A stretch of DNA of 64,000 nucleotides from Rhizodiscina lignyota (Eukaryota), in contig ML978131.1 in the NCBI GenBank assembly GCA_010015805.1, forward strand, positions 248,001 to 312,000. The letters run 5' to 3'. Shown here one piece after another: positions 24,329 through 36,883 of the stretch. Numbering within the stretch: position 1 is the stretch's first letter; every line of letters starts with the position of its first letter. The translations under genes were made by a program, and so were the position numbers. The notes beneath the pieces were generated by a model that worked only from the letters and a program-made list of their open reading frames with translations, was not told the DNA's origin and did not search any database.

Positions 24329-26333
24329 ATGAAGCTCATAATCCCACTGCTCCTGTTCGTGGCATACACAGCATACAAGACCTACCTCTACGCTTCCAAG
24401 CTCTACCGTAATCTGCTAGATGCCCGTCGCTCTGGCATTCCATACATCGTCGCGCCTGTCTGGCCGATAAATCGACTATGGCTCGCACTCGAACCGCTGC
24501 TAATGCCCTACCTTCGAAAGATGCCCTTCATTCGCGATAAGCCATGGCTCATGGTGTCTTCCGGCGACTGGATCTGGCAAGAGCGCTACGGCGCCTTTGA
24601 GAAGCTCGGCGATACCTTCATGATTGTCACGCCCCGCTACAACGCCATCTACACCGCTGAGGCGGAGGTCATCAATCAGATCACGACGAGGCGCAACGAC
24701 TTTCCCAAGCCGATCCAGGTGTATGGCACATTGGATCTGTATGGCAAGAATGTGGTCACATCGGAGGGTAGCGAGTGGAGGCGACATAGGAAGATTACCA
24801 GCCCGCCGTTCACGGAGAAGAACAACCACCTCGTCTGGAACGAGTCACTATACCAAGCGTCGAATATGGTCACACAATGGGTTGGGAAGGATGGTAAGGC
24901 AGGCAAGACGTGGGATAACATATCGACGGATGCGATGCGGTTAAGTCTGCACGTTATCAGTCGCGCTGGGTTCAACGTTCGATGCTTGTGGCCTGGCGTT
25001 GACGATGACGACGAACAGGCTTTGAAGGAGGGTGCTATGAGCACGGCGATCATACCGGAGGGGCATGAGATGAGCTATGTTGAGAGCATGAGCACAATGT
25101 TGCACAGGATTATTGTCGTTTTGATTTGTCCTGATTGGTTAATGAGTATGAGCACAATGTATCCGCTGAATTTTTCTTTTCCGCTAACAGCTTCCAGAGT
25201 ATTTCCCTTCCGATTTCCTGAAAAAGGCACGCTTGGCATACTTTGAGTGGGGCCGCTACATGAAGGAGATCTACCAGTCCAAATTCGATGCGCTCAAGAA
25301 AAGCGCCGGTACCAACGCTGATGAGAAACTCGACCTCATGGGCGCAATGATCAGCAGCTCTGGCCTCTTAGACGACGACGCAACGAAAGCGCCTACTGGT
25401 TCCGGCCTCAGTGAGTCCGAGATTCTCGGAAACTCATTCGTTTTCATGCTTGCTGGCCACGAAACCGCCGCAAACACGATTACTCATGCGCTCTACTTCT
25501 TGGCAATGAACCCTGGCACGCAGCAACGTCTGCAGAAGGAGATCGACGACATCTTCGGCGGCAGGCCAATTAGCGAATGGAACTACGACCGCGATCTGAA
25601 CCCGCTATTTGGCGGTCTTGCAGGTGCGATCATGAATGAGACGCTCCGCGTCATTCCACCCGTCGTCATCATTCCAAAGTCGAACTTCAAGTCGGGTGAC
25701 CAGAAACTCACGGTTGGAGGTAAAGAGGTGATTGTGCCAGACAACACATACATTGGACTCTGCGCCGCAGGTGTCCAGCGAAACCCAAAGTACTGGCCAC
25801 ATGGCCCTGCGCGATCTGCTGAGGACGGCGGCCCAATGCACCCGAAGAGCAACCTCGACAATGATCTGGAGGAATTCAAGCCCGAGCGCTGGTTGCTTGA
25901 TCCGAATGCGAAGCCATTGGAAGAGACTTCGGACGACGAGAAGGCAAGGAAAGAGGCGGAGGCGATGGGCGTGAACACCGCGCCTGATACGGCAAACACC
26001 CTCTTCCGGCCACCCAAAGGTGCTTACGTGCCATTTTCCGAGGGCTACCGTGCATGCTTAGGTAGACGGTTTGCACAGGTGGAGATTCTGGCGACGCTTG
26101 CGGTTATCTTTTCCCAATACAGCGTTGAGCTTGGCGTGGAGGATTGGGCGGACGACGAGGAGGTTGAGAAGATGGGAGAGAAGGAGCGCAAAGATGTGTG
26201 GTTGAAGGCGAGGACGGAGGCGGAGAGGAAGGTGAGGGATTGCATGGGCACGATCATTACCCTCCAACTGCGGAAGGGCAAAATCCCTATGCGCTTTGCC
26301 AAGCGGGGAGAAGAGAAATTTATGTTTGCATGA
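24329..26333 (+). CDS. Cytochrome P450 monooxygenase
   Basis: N-terminal TM, WRRHRK, intron 25146..25197, AGHETAA (I-helix), ETLR, PERW, heme motif FSEGYRACLG. Confidence 0.95.
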
Positions 26334-26412
26334 AGGAATTGATATATGATCGCCTGGCGAGCGATGTTATCTCTCTTGGATATATACGAGCGTTTCGTTA
26401 AGCGTTGTATGC

Positions 26413-27154
26413 TTACACGTCTGCATTTGCAGGCAGTTTGTCGAAAATCTTGTCTTTCCTCTTCGTTGTTCGCGAAGAGATACCCGGCGGCATGATGAAT
26501 GCGTCGATGAAGTCGTCCATTGTCAATGGCTCGTTGACTGCATTGTACTTTGATATGTAGTGCAGAGATATCACGTAGCTAGTCGAGACTGCAAAGACGG
26601 ATCTGTCAAATCATGTTAAAATCAGCAAAACAGTTCCCGAGTGCTGAAGTCGAAACTTCACGTACTGCAGGATGGTGCCAGAGACGTTGACCCAGATCTC
26701 AGTTGAAGTCAAGGGCTCATGAGGTTGGGCCCCGGCGCCCTCAAGCGGTCTGACGAAATCGAGCGCGCTGATCAATTGTCCGACGTCTAGTACTACAGTG
26801 AACACGAAGGGCGTAATCAAGTCGCGTGTCGGCATGTTTGCATGGAACCTGGCTGCGATTGAGGCCGGGATGATGTAGACCCCGGTGGTGAGGAGGGAGA
26901 GGAAAAGATAGAATGCCCATACTCTGGCATGTGTTAGCAACATTATAGTCACACAGAGCATGTAAGAGCCACGATGGGGAGAAGTGGAAAAGAAAGACGT
27001 ACGGTCCGACCTCGCAGCGAACAGGAAAGTCACACCAAAATATAAGGAACATGAGGACGGCGAACTGAGCGATGATGAGCAGCACTGTGGGAATAGGCCG
27101 CGGGATGGAGAGCGGACGTGGAGTTGAGAGTTGAGAGGGGGATGGTTTCTCCAT
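26413..27154 (-). CDS. Hypothetical multi-pass membrane protein
   Basis: Two GTACGT..CAG introns join ORF 26741..27154, ORF 26611..27033 and a last exon SVFAVSTSYVISLHY..NADV-stop. About four hydrophobic segments. Confidence 0.65.
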
Positions 27155-27897
27155 AATGGAGATATTGGAAAGGCTTTATGAGGGCTTTTGCAATATACAA
27201 AGAAAGCCGTATATTCTGGGAGAGGACTGGATTCGAGAGTGAGGTAAAAAAAAATAAGGGGTTATGGGTGGGGAAAGAAGATCCGGATTGTAACAGCACT
27301 TGGTACCGCAATCAAAACTATGCTGTAGAAGCGCTTGACTCTGGAAACGACAATTACAGAGTAGATATGGTGAAATATTGTCTTAGCGATGGAGACATAG
27401 AACAAAGGCGAGACTGAGCTTGAGAACGAGGACATAAAATGTCCTCACTGTATATACGGCGTCCCGTTACGGTGCGGTGCTTCTACAGATCAGCATTTTC
27501 CCTATTGGCCTCTCACTTCAGACCTCCTCTGTCATGCCTCCATCTCGTTACAGCCACCGCTCTCTACAAATTGATCAAAATAGTAACCTATTATGATATA
27601 TATTATACACCAACACATGGTCGCATTCTGCCACTGATGGAATCTCGCTTGTTTGCAGAAGAAGCAATGCATCTGTGCCCTGTCTTGCTTACGGTGGCTG
27701 AATGTCGCCCATTGGATGCGAAATGTGGGACCATGATTCAGGGCTGACCTATGTAGCGTTCTGGCCATACGAGAAGGAACTTGAGATGTATAAAGAGCAG
27801 GTGTTGGAACTACGTTCCTTGACAATCATATTGCCCCTTACGTCCTTTCTGGGGTCTCTTACTTCCTTGATAAGCCTCCCCAAGGAGCCTTATCGGG

Positions 27898-28561
27898 ATG
27901 GCTACGATATCGCTGAAAGAAGTGGCACAGGTCGTTGGCATAGTGTCATCAGGCTTGTTCGCGGGTATTCGTCTCGATATGGATCCTGTGAACTATGCTA
28001 ACCTCCTGTATTCAGGGTACACATATTCACTGTCAGATGCAGCACTTCCAGGCATTCTGGATGCGTCAGAAGACACGATGTGCCGTCAATGGAGATACCA
28101 GTATATCAGGGGCTTCTACGTCCGAACCCATGTTCTCTTACTGTTGGACCTGACTTCCATTGAGTGCTGAGACGTCCCAGGCTGCTGTCCCAGCGACATT
28201 AACGAACTTGCTCTCTTGGGGTTATCTCGCATACACTGCCCCGGACTCGTTCAGTCGACAGCTCTTTGTCACAGCTGCAGTGACCACGGGTTCAGGCACT
28301 GTATTTGCTTGGACCGCGCTCCGTGGTTTGAATGGTGCGCTCTCCATCCGCTCTGAGAAGGTATTGGGGCCATACTCACCAAGTCCAAACCTTCCTGCGC
28401 TCACATACAGCAAGAACGAGAGCTGGTCGAAGTCGGTCGAGGGAAAGAGTTCAACGCAAGAACTTTTGCGTCAGTGGATAAAGCTTAACGCATTGAGAGC
28501 GGGCATTCTCGCTCTTGGCAGTATCGTCGGAGCTTATGGCTTGATTGCGCAGCGCCCGTAG
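27898..28561 (+). CDS. DUF1772 / anthrone-oxygenase-like membrane protein
   Basis: GIVSSGLFAG|YTYSLS..LP..RQWRYQYIRG, two introns, C-terminal ELLRQWIKLNALRA..GSIVG. Confidence 0.8.
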
Positions 28562-29059
28562 AGGAGTTTTCACTCGATCTCTCGTGGGGACAGTGCCAAG
28601 GCTGAAATCCCTATGTAAGTACCCAAGGAGAGAGTTTGTCAGAGCTCAAGTGCTCCTGTAACTACCATCGATAGAAGAACGGACACCGGAGATTGAACTG
28701 TGCTTTAAATACCACCATTTGCACTCCATCCAGCTTCTCTCCGTCAACAGGAGGTTTAACTTTCTTCTTCTACCACCTCTACTTCTGCTTCGATCAGCAT
28801 CTTCCTTCAAGTTCAATACTTCACACCTCCACGCAAAGAGAACAACGCTCTCCGCTAAACCCTTTGCAGTTACTGCGTATGCCGGAGCAGCCGCATCCTG
28901 CGTATAAAACTTCGGCAAGAAGCTGCAAAGGTCAATTGCGTGCCTACGCCGAGTGAACTCATTTCAACAGCAAGCCTGTTAAAACCTATCAACCTGCACC
29001 GCACTACACACTATCGAACATTAACGTGCTCACCCTCCAAAGGATTCACGCAAATAGCC

Positions 29060-29790
29060 ATGGCTTCAGCAGATCAGGACTACGCTCTCGTGAAAATCTC
29101 AGCGTAAGCATGTTCAGACCGATATGAGCCAACTTGTAATTAACTTGAAGGCAGTGGATGCATCGCCGGCGAGATGCTGACTATTCATGTTGGCACGAAA
29201 GAATCTAAGCACCATAAGACATTCATGGTCCACCGCGACCTGATCTGTGGCAACTCTCCGTTCTTCAAGAATGCCTGTAGTGGGCGCTGGCCAGAAGGAA
29301 AATGTGGAGTTATCGAGCTACCCGCGGACGACAGTAGAGTTTTCGGCTTATTTCTTGAGTACATCTACACCACCGATCCGAACCCATGGATGGCTATCGC
29401 GTCGAGGATATCATCGCTCTTTACATTCAGGCGGACAAGTTTCAGGTGCCGTCACTCAAAGATGCTGTCGTCTCTGCACTGCACGACTACCTCAAGAATG
29501 AATACCTCGGGGATTGGCATCTGAACGCGATTTACAAAGGAACATCGGATAACTCTAAATTGAGGAAGTTGGTTGTGGATGACTTCGTACACCGTTCCAC
29601 GCTGTCTAATGACCCGGATTACGACAGTAGCTGGGCCGAGGAATGCTCCATGGTGCTACTTGACATAGCCCGAGCGACTGCAACCGACCCTTCAGGTGCT
29701 GTGGAGAGTGCTAGGGCGAGGTTCAAATTTGGACCATGCTCTTATCACGAGCATGGTGATGCTGATGTATGTGCAGCCCCTGGGTTCTAA
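29060..29790 (+). pseudogene. BTB/POZ-domain protein with apparent frameshift near 29385
   Basis: Intron 29104..29154. TIHVG..FMVHRDLICGNSPFFKNAC..W.EG..IELP..F.LFLEYIYT is in one frame; LYIQADKFQVPSLKDAVV..SKLRKLVVD..CSYHEH is in another. No GT..AG pair lies between them. Confidence 0.65.
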
Positions 29791-30370
29791 AGACATTGGA
29801 CATCGAACGAAGCGAATGGTTGGCAGACACAGACTGAGCTCCAGAACCAGTCCAGAAGCTCCTCTGGTCATTCCGGCATGGTTCGAACTCGAAGTTGGGC
29901 GGGATTGCATTGGGCGGCCTATTGAAGATTTGAACATTTGAAACATGGGAGTTTTCACATACCGAGGAGACAATTTCCCTCATGGAGTTGTTATTTAAGG
30001 GTATCAAATGGAAAGTGGTTTCTGGGTGATCTGCTGCATGTCAAAGACCTTGAGACCTATTGCCTGACGCCTGGTGATGCGCAAGACAACTGGTCTGTGA
30101 GACACCAGGCCCGAAAAGCGGGAGGTAAGGGTTGCATGCGCTCCTCGGCAGAGATAACATGAGGCATTTGAACGGTTCTCGTCCTGGTTAAAGACATATA
30201 TGCTAAATTTCTACATACTTTTAACGATGGTCCTACGTGATGTGAAGTGCGGATTTTGTCCATTCTTTGGCATTACAAATGCCCCGTCGAAGATGACCTT
30301 TCCAAACCCATCCAGTACTCCCAAACCCATTATACTACTGCGGCGCCCGCTTCAAGCATATAGACTCAAA

Positions 30371-33300
30371 TCACAGCGCCTCCTCAACTGCCTTCATCAA
30401 CGTATCCATCCCCTCCTTTCCAACCTTCTCCTCCAACCAGCCCCTCGCCTTCTCAACCACCAACTCCCAAGCCTCCTTCTCCCCGACCAACTTCTGCTCA
30501 AAATACGCCACCGCCAGCGCTGTCGCAACGGCATTCTTATACCGTGTCTCTTCAGCTCTCGTGTTAGTGTCCCTCAGCTCCGCAAGCTCCGCCTTCGCAA
30601 CGGCGTGCTCGACGTCCTCTTCCAAAACCGCGAGCACGCGGAAGAGCTCGCCGCTCCAGCTCCAGCTGCCCTCGAACGTCTGCAGCGCGATGAGCGCGTC
30701 CAATGGATTCTGCGTGCTCTGAAGCTGCTGAAGCTTGATGGCGCGAAGGCGATATTCTCCCTCTATGTCGTCAATCTCCGCCGAAAATAGGTCGACATGA
30801 TCCGGGCCAGGAGCACTCGCGGGATTGTAGGCCATCGATGCCGCCTGGAAAGGCCCAGCGGATGCCAGCGAGGCACCAGCAAACGCGTTCGGTGTTGCCG
30901 TGAAAGAGGATGCATGCATCGGCGCGCGAGGCACAGGTGCGCGAGGCGTTTGGCTATAAAAGCTCGAAGACTCCCGGCTCTGGAACATGTCGTTTCCCAT
31001 CAGCGGAGTAGCTTCGAAGTTGCTGCTTGGCAGTGTGCTGTCAAAGGGCGAACTGCTGGATGCGAAGCCTCCCCGCCCTACAAACTCTGGATCTTGACCG
31101 TTAAACCGAGCAGCAGACTGAAGTTGCGGCGGTGGCGGGATCGCAGCCGAAGGTCTGAGACGATCAAACATGATTGGTGTGCCGCTAGCACTATTGAAAT
31201 TGACTGCACTAGGTGCGGACTTTCTGGCCAAATTCATCATCTTCTTCTTCTTCGGAGCTGGAGAGCTCCTAGACATCATGAGTGTGTCTAGTGTAGGGTA
31301 TTGCGGCCTCGTTTCACTCATTTCAACGCCAAGCGTTTCTTCGTCAAGAAAGGCGTATTCCTCGCTGTCTTTCATAGCGGTATTCTCCTTGTCGTTCTCT
31401 TCCAGTGCAACAAACGAGCACCATTTGCCGCCGATTTGGAATTGGACGCCCAGTCTCACAGCTTCACGTTCGACCATATCCCCAAAGCGGCCTTCACGTA
31501 CGTCTTTCGGGAGCTTCCCGGTCGTCTCATCCTTGGCGCTGAAGATCCATCCTCTTCCTTCTTCAAGCTCACCGACTGCTTTCTTTGCCGCAAGTTGGTG
31601 GATCGTTTCTCCGGGTTTGTCGAGGACCTGGACAGGGATCTCAAGTTCCAGCGGGATATCTCCATTGGCGCTTGGGCATGTTCCACGGAGCATGACTGAT
31701 GTGGGTGTCTGCGGGTTCGTCTCCGGTGACAGGAGCAGGTACACCGTCGCGCGCGTGAATGGGAACAGTGGCGGAATAACGTTCGGTGCTTGCAACAGCT
31801 TTGGTGTAGCGATGGTCGGAAGGTGGGCGTAACGATCTTGCCCGTCGGTGGACGGTTTGGTTGTTGAAGAATCATCTGCATCTGCGGAGGTGTCGAACAG
31901 CGACATTGGTTTGATTGTCTGCCTCTTGTTAGTCTCCGTGAAAATGCAGCCGAGTATATGAGCTTACCTTTTCTTTCTCAGTTGCCTTTTCTGAGAAATT
32001 AAGATGGATTCTCAGAGAGTCTGCCACCTTTTCGATCACCTCGAAGTCATCAGAACCGGTATTCGCCTCGGCACCGTATTTTACTTCAAGTGTATAGTCT
32101 TTGACGTGTGGCGTAAGCGCAGCCTTGAGCATTCGAACAACTTTGGTGTCAAGACGCTCACTCTCTCCCACAGCCTGTGAAAAGCCATGGCCAGCGCGAG
32201 CAATACCTTCAATGAGAGAATGCGACACTCCATCGCCAATTCCAAGCGTGAAAACGCGGATTGGAGCGCCAGTGCCGCCAATTTCTTGATTCAAGTACTG
32301 GAATAGCTCTTGTTGGTGCCATATTTGGCCGTCCGTGACAAGGAAGACCTCCAGCTCCATGTCCTTGTACCGTCGTTCAAGGGTGTCCTTGATAGGCGCA
32401 AACATTTCCGTACCCCCATAGTTCGAAGAAAATGATTCGACATGTTTGATCGCTTCGTCGAGCGCGCTTTGGCTGTAGCTTTTGCTCTTTGGCCACAGGA
32501 AGTCATGATGAGAGCCGAAGGAGCAGATGTTGAACTTGACGCCAACAGGTAGACTCTTCAAGAAGACCTTGAGCGCCGAGACGAGCGTCCTTATCTTGCC
32601 AGTATCCATACTGCCGCTGCGGTCGCAAATAAAAACGATTTCAGGTCGAGCAGGTGGCAGCGAGAACTTCGGGACCAAAGTGGCCATGAGCGCTCGCTGA
32701 TGCGCGATCGTCGGGTGCGTTTCAAGAATCGCTCTTGGGGTAGCCGTGTCTTTTGCGACAACCTGGAGCACAAAGTCCTTATCGAGCTCCGCGCTCCCTA
32801 AGCTAAGAGTTGCTGAAGCCTTGTTCATTGCCGGGTCGTCGTCCTTTGCTGTTGATATGTTCCCCATGGTAACAGCGATAGGGTGAGATGGGGAGCGCAT
32901 CTCACGAATGAAGGAGCCGTTTTCCAACATTGCGTCCACAGTAATCTGCATGCCGCCTCGGCCTTGTGCCGTAGTTGCACTTCCACCGCAGAGCTCCCCT
33001 GGCAGGCTTCCATATCGCGGAGAGATGGCCGTCGGGATGGTGAAGCGGAGTCCGTCCACTTCGGCATCATGCTTCAGCTCACCAAGGTATGTGATCTCAA
33101 CGATGATACTGGCGCCTGGAGGGACGTTGCCGACTGTTGTGGTGAAGACATCTGATGCATCGGGCAATTGCTCAAGCAGACCAGCGGTCTCACCACGCTC
33201 AACGGCTTCTTTGAAGTCGGCACGAGCACGCTCTTTCTCCTTCACAACACCTTTGATGGTACGGCCATCGATACGACAGCTGAAACCGACGACACTGACG

Positions 33301-33509
33301 CCATCATACAGCGGGAACGTGTAACGCACTTCTTTGATGCCCTTTGCTGATGATGGATTTATGAAAATTTGCTCTAGAGTAGTACGAGAGGTTGATGACA
33401 AGATAGTTGTGTGGGCCTTCAGCTGCACTTGTGGCAAATAGAAGCGACGAGGCTGGCCAAATTGTACACTAGCTGGAAGGAGATAATGGAAGCCACACAC
33501 GTGATCCAT
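30371..33509 (-). CDS. VIT + von Willebrand factor A domain protein (VWA5A-like)
   Basis: VIT region YTFPLYDGVSVVGF..GLLEQ..FTTTVGN; MIDAS DRSGSM; GGTEM; VTDG; FTLGIG. Intron 31919..31967. C-terminal LIALQTFEGSW..EAWELVVEKARGWL. Confidence 0.92.
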
Positions 33510-34451
33510 GTTCGACCCAAATCGCTGCTAGTTAGTTACAGTATGGAGAAGTTTGACAGAAATTTCAGCGGATCAAGTTGTTTGGAGAAAACGGACAACT
33601 GAAGAGCATTTTATACCTGCAATGTATTCTTGCTGCCTTCTGGATGCCTACACACCGGTGTGCCAAGATATATTTCCAAATGCGGACAGCCACGCGCTTC
33701 GATTGGTGAGGGCAAGAGGGCAAGGTTTCACAGCCCTCCTTAGAGATCGTCCACATCGGCACGTGATTTCGAGATGAGAGAGACGCGTGATAGGTCCTGT
33801 CGCGCAAAGAGACTTTGAAAAGGTTCATGCTGCGACTGTATCACTCCACACAGAGGCGTCGGTCTCGACCTTTAATGAGGAGACTGGCCTGGGGGCAAAT
33901 TTGAGGCTGGCCAGGGTGCCTGGACGAGCGGAATGCATCCTTATTAGAAAACCGCTAAATTAAGCTTACTCAACCATGAAAACGTGATTCCAAACGCCCG
34001 TTGATGGCAAAAGCGCTCCTTGCGTGCGCAGGACGTGGTGCATTGGCAGAGCGATAGGCTTCACCAAGAAGGGAGAAAGGGTGTCGGTCGAGATAAGGTG
34101 CTGAGCTGATGGCGTTCTCCGCAGATGAGGTGTTTTTGGCGTTTGCGAGCAGAAGGTAAGATGGAGCTGCGAGCATGACAGTTGCAGAGGCGGAAGCGAC
34201 GCGGCCAGGATGAAATATTGGAGGAAGTGCACATTGGCCACGCATTGCGCGTCAGTGGAGCGGGAGAGTGGCGCGCAGGGGTCGGTTCTTGACGGCGGCT
34301 GAACGCTGCTAGGCCGCTTTCGTCGCCGCGCAGATTAGGGGATGCTTTGGCTTTCAACAATCTCTTCGCCAACCTCCCACCTCTCCCCGCCATCTGCAAC
34401 ATGACTTCTATAACACCGACATGATCAGAGTCCGCGACAGACGAGCGGAAC

Positions 34452-36401
34452 ATGCATTCAAAGGTCCTGCAGGGCATCCCGACCTGGGTGCGCTCTAGAA
34501 GCGCTCGCCGGAATCTCCCTCTCCTGCTGGCCGTCGCGCTGGTCACCTTCTTCGCCAGCTACTCTTTTCTGGAACCCGCGCCTTCAAAGCGGCCTATCAG
34601 CCAAATTGGCACTCACAGTCCGCAGCAGGAGCACTCGAAGCTGCCGTGGCACCCTATAGACGACCTCATCAAAGAAGGCGAGCAGCAATTCCGGAGTTTA
34701 CTGGCCGAGCAGACCCACGATGTGGCCTCAGCTGCGGCCGCCTACCGGAAGCGAAGAAATCGGCATCCACCGCCCGGCTTCGACAAGTGGTTCGAGTACG
34801 CGCAGAAGAACGATGCCATCATCGTGGAGGAGTTCTTCGATCAGATCTACCACGACATTTCGCCCTTCTGGGCCCTGAGTCCGCGGTGGATAAGCCAGCA
34901 AGCCAAGAATTTCGAGCACGTGATCAGCGTACGTCGCGGCAAGGCGACTTACAAAACAGACAAGGCCAAACGCGTGCCATGGGTTCCGCTGTGGCATGAC
35001 ATGGTCGCCGGCATTGCAAAAGACCTTCCCGATGTCGATATGCCAGTCAATGTGCTGGACGAGTCGCGCGTCCTTGTCCCTTGGGAAAGGATGAACACAT
35101 TCATCCAGGCCGAGAAGGTGTCACGACGCTTGCAGCCAGCCGACACTGTCACTTCTGAGTGGAGTGGCATTCCTGGTATGCCAGTCGAGAGATTCGATGC
35201 CAAATGGACACTCAACGGTCCATATTGGGACATCTTTCGCCATACCTGCCCGACGCGCACGGAGGCCTCGAACATGTCTGCTATAAGGGATTTCTCCGAC
35301 CTCCCAGTACTCCCTCCCAAGTACCCTGAGCATAGCTATCATGGCTATGTCCGGAACTGGACTATTGCCAAATCTCCCTGCCACAACCCCCATCTTCAAA
35401 ACATACATGGCACCTTCATCGAACCAACTTCCATCGCAACCACCCAAGAGCTCGTTCCCCTCTTCGGTGGTTCCAAGCTACAGCACAACAGCGAAATTCT
35501 CATCCCACCACCAGCATACTGGTCCAAGGACGCCAAATACGACCCAGACGGCGGCACCTGGTCAGATTGGCTAGACGCGTTTGGATGGCGTATCGAACGG
35601 CCGTGGGCTCAAAAGCTCAACCGCATTCTCTGGCGCGGAGTCGCTTCGGGAGGTCGCAATCGAAAGGAGAATTGGACTCACTTCCAACGGCACCGCTTCG
35701 TACAGATGCTCAATGGTAGCGCGGTGCGAGGCGCTGGATTTGCAGCAGGCAAGAGGCTTCAAACTACAAACCTTCCATTTCCAGAGAACAACCCTTACAA
35801 CCTCACAGCATTAAATGGCGAGAGTGACGAGCGAAAAGGCCCGCTTTCAGAGTTTGGCGATTGGGTGGCCCATTACGCAGCGGTCGCCTTTACTCATCTC
35901 GTCTGCTTCCCTGCCGAATCAGCTACAGACAGATGGAAGATCACGTGTCCCTATTCCAGTCCGTTCTACAAAGTTATGAACCAACTTTCAAGAAATACTC
36001 TGTTGTCATCAAGGTACCTCCCGGACATAGACGGCAACTCATACAGCGGACGTTTCCTTGCGCTCCTACGGTCTAGCTCGCTGCCTATCAAAGCGACCAT
36101 CTATAGCGAGTGGCATGATTCCCGCCTCATTCCGTGGGCCCACTTTGTTCCCATCGACAACACCTTTGTCGACATCTACGGCGTGATGGAGTACTTCCTT
36201 GGCTTCGAGGAGGGTACGAGCCGCGACTTAGCCGCTGAGCGGATCGCTTCGCAGGGGCAGGAATGGGCCAACAGGGTGCTCAGAAGAGAGGACATGCGCA
36301 TCTACCTCTGGCGCGTGCTCATCGAGTTTGCACGAGTATGCGACGGGGAACGAGATAGATTGGGTTGGGTAGACGACATTTTGGAGACATACCGGCAATG
36401 A
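34452..36401 (+). CDS. Glycosyltransferase family 90 (Cap10/Cxt1-like)
   Basis: Type II anchor, YRKRRNRHPPPGFDKWF, LPDVDMPVNVLDESR, WRGVASGG, RYLPDIDGNSYSGRF, EWHDSRLIPWAHFVP, LRREDM. Confidence 0.93.
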   Translation: MHSKVLQGIPTWVRSRSARRNLPLLLAVALVTFFASYSFLEPAPSKRPISQIGTHSPQQEHSKLPWHPIDDLIKEGEQQFRSLLAEQTHDVASAAAAYRKRRNRHPPPGFDKWFEYAQKNDAIIVEEFFDQIYHDISPFWALSPRWISQQAKNFEHVISVRRGKATYKTDKAKRVPWVPLWHDMVAGIAKDLPDVDMPVNVLDESRVLVPWERMNTFIQAEKVSRRLQPADTVTSEWSGIPGMPVERFDAKWTLNGPYWDIFRHTCPTRTEASNMSAIRDFSDLPVLPPKYPEHSYHGYVRNWTIAKSPCHNPHLQNIHGTFIEPTSIATTQELVPLFGGSKLQHNSEILIPPPAYWSKDAKYDPDGGTWSDWLDAFGWRIERPWAQKLNRILWRGVASGGRNRKENWTHFQRHRFVQMLNGSAVRGAGFAAGKRLQTTNLPFPENNPYNLTALNGESDERKGPLSEFGDWVAHYAAVAFTHLVCFPAESATDRWKITCPYSSPFYKVMNQLSRNTLLSSRYLPDIDGNSYSGRFLALLRSSSLPIKATIYSEWHDSRLIPWAHFVPIDNTFVDIYGVMEYFLGFEEGTSRDLAAERIASQGQEWANRVLRREDMRIYLWRVLIEFARVCDGERDRLGWVDDILETYRQ

Positions 36402-36883
36402 CCAGCAACGCACATGGGACGTACATAAATCGAGTTTTGTTCTTCAGCAGGCGAGTCGGGAATACAGGTTTTTGCGGATGGCAATGATGAGAAGAATGGC
36501 TGGCATTACGTTTCTTTGCACATACACATGTTTTTTTTTTCCCGCGAGGCTCCGTCGCATTTACCCACTGGCGTTTTATGGTAGCGAGCCTTGCCTTGGG
36601 CTCATGATTAAAATTCTGTTTTCGGGTGTACGCGATAGAGTTTCTTGGTCTTTCTTTTCTTGCTTTGTCGCAGCGGCTTTAATCTTGGTGTTGGCTTTTG
36701 CCGCACCTTTTGCACAGATAAGCTTAATTTCTAGAGAAATTCTGTACAATACCGAACTCCGAACCCGGTGCGACCTTTCTACCAGGTACAGCAATAGAGA
36801 TACCTCCCGTACCCGTTTTCAAAGCAACATTGAAGCAATCTTCCCACGTCGTACCCCATCGTCGCAAAGTGACGATGCCAGAT

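Noticed and set aside
25088..25160. 13-mer ATGAGCACAATGT present in the P450 exon and again in its intron
   Set aside because: Too short to argue for intron gain by duplication.
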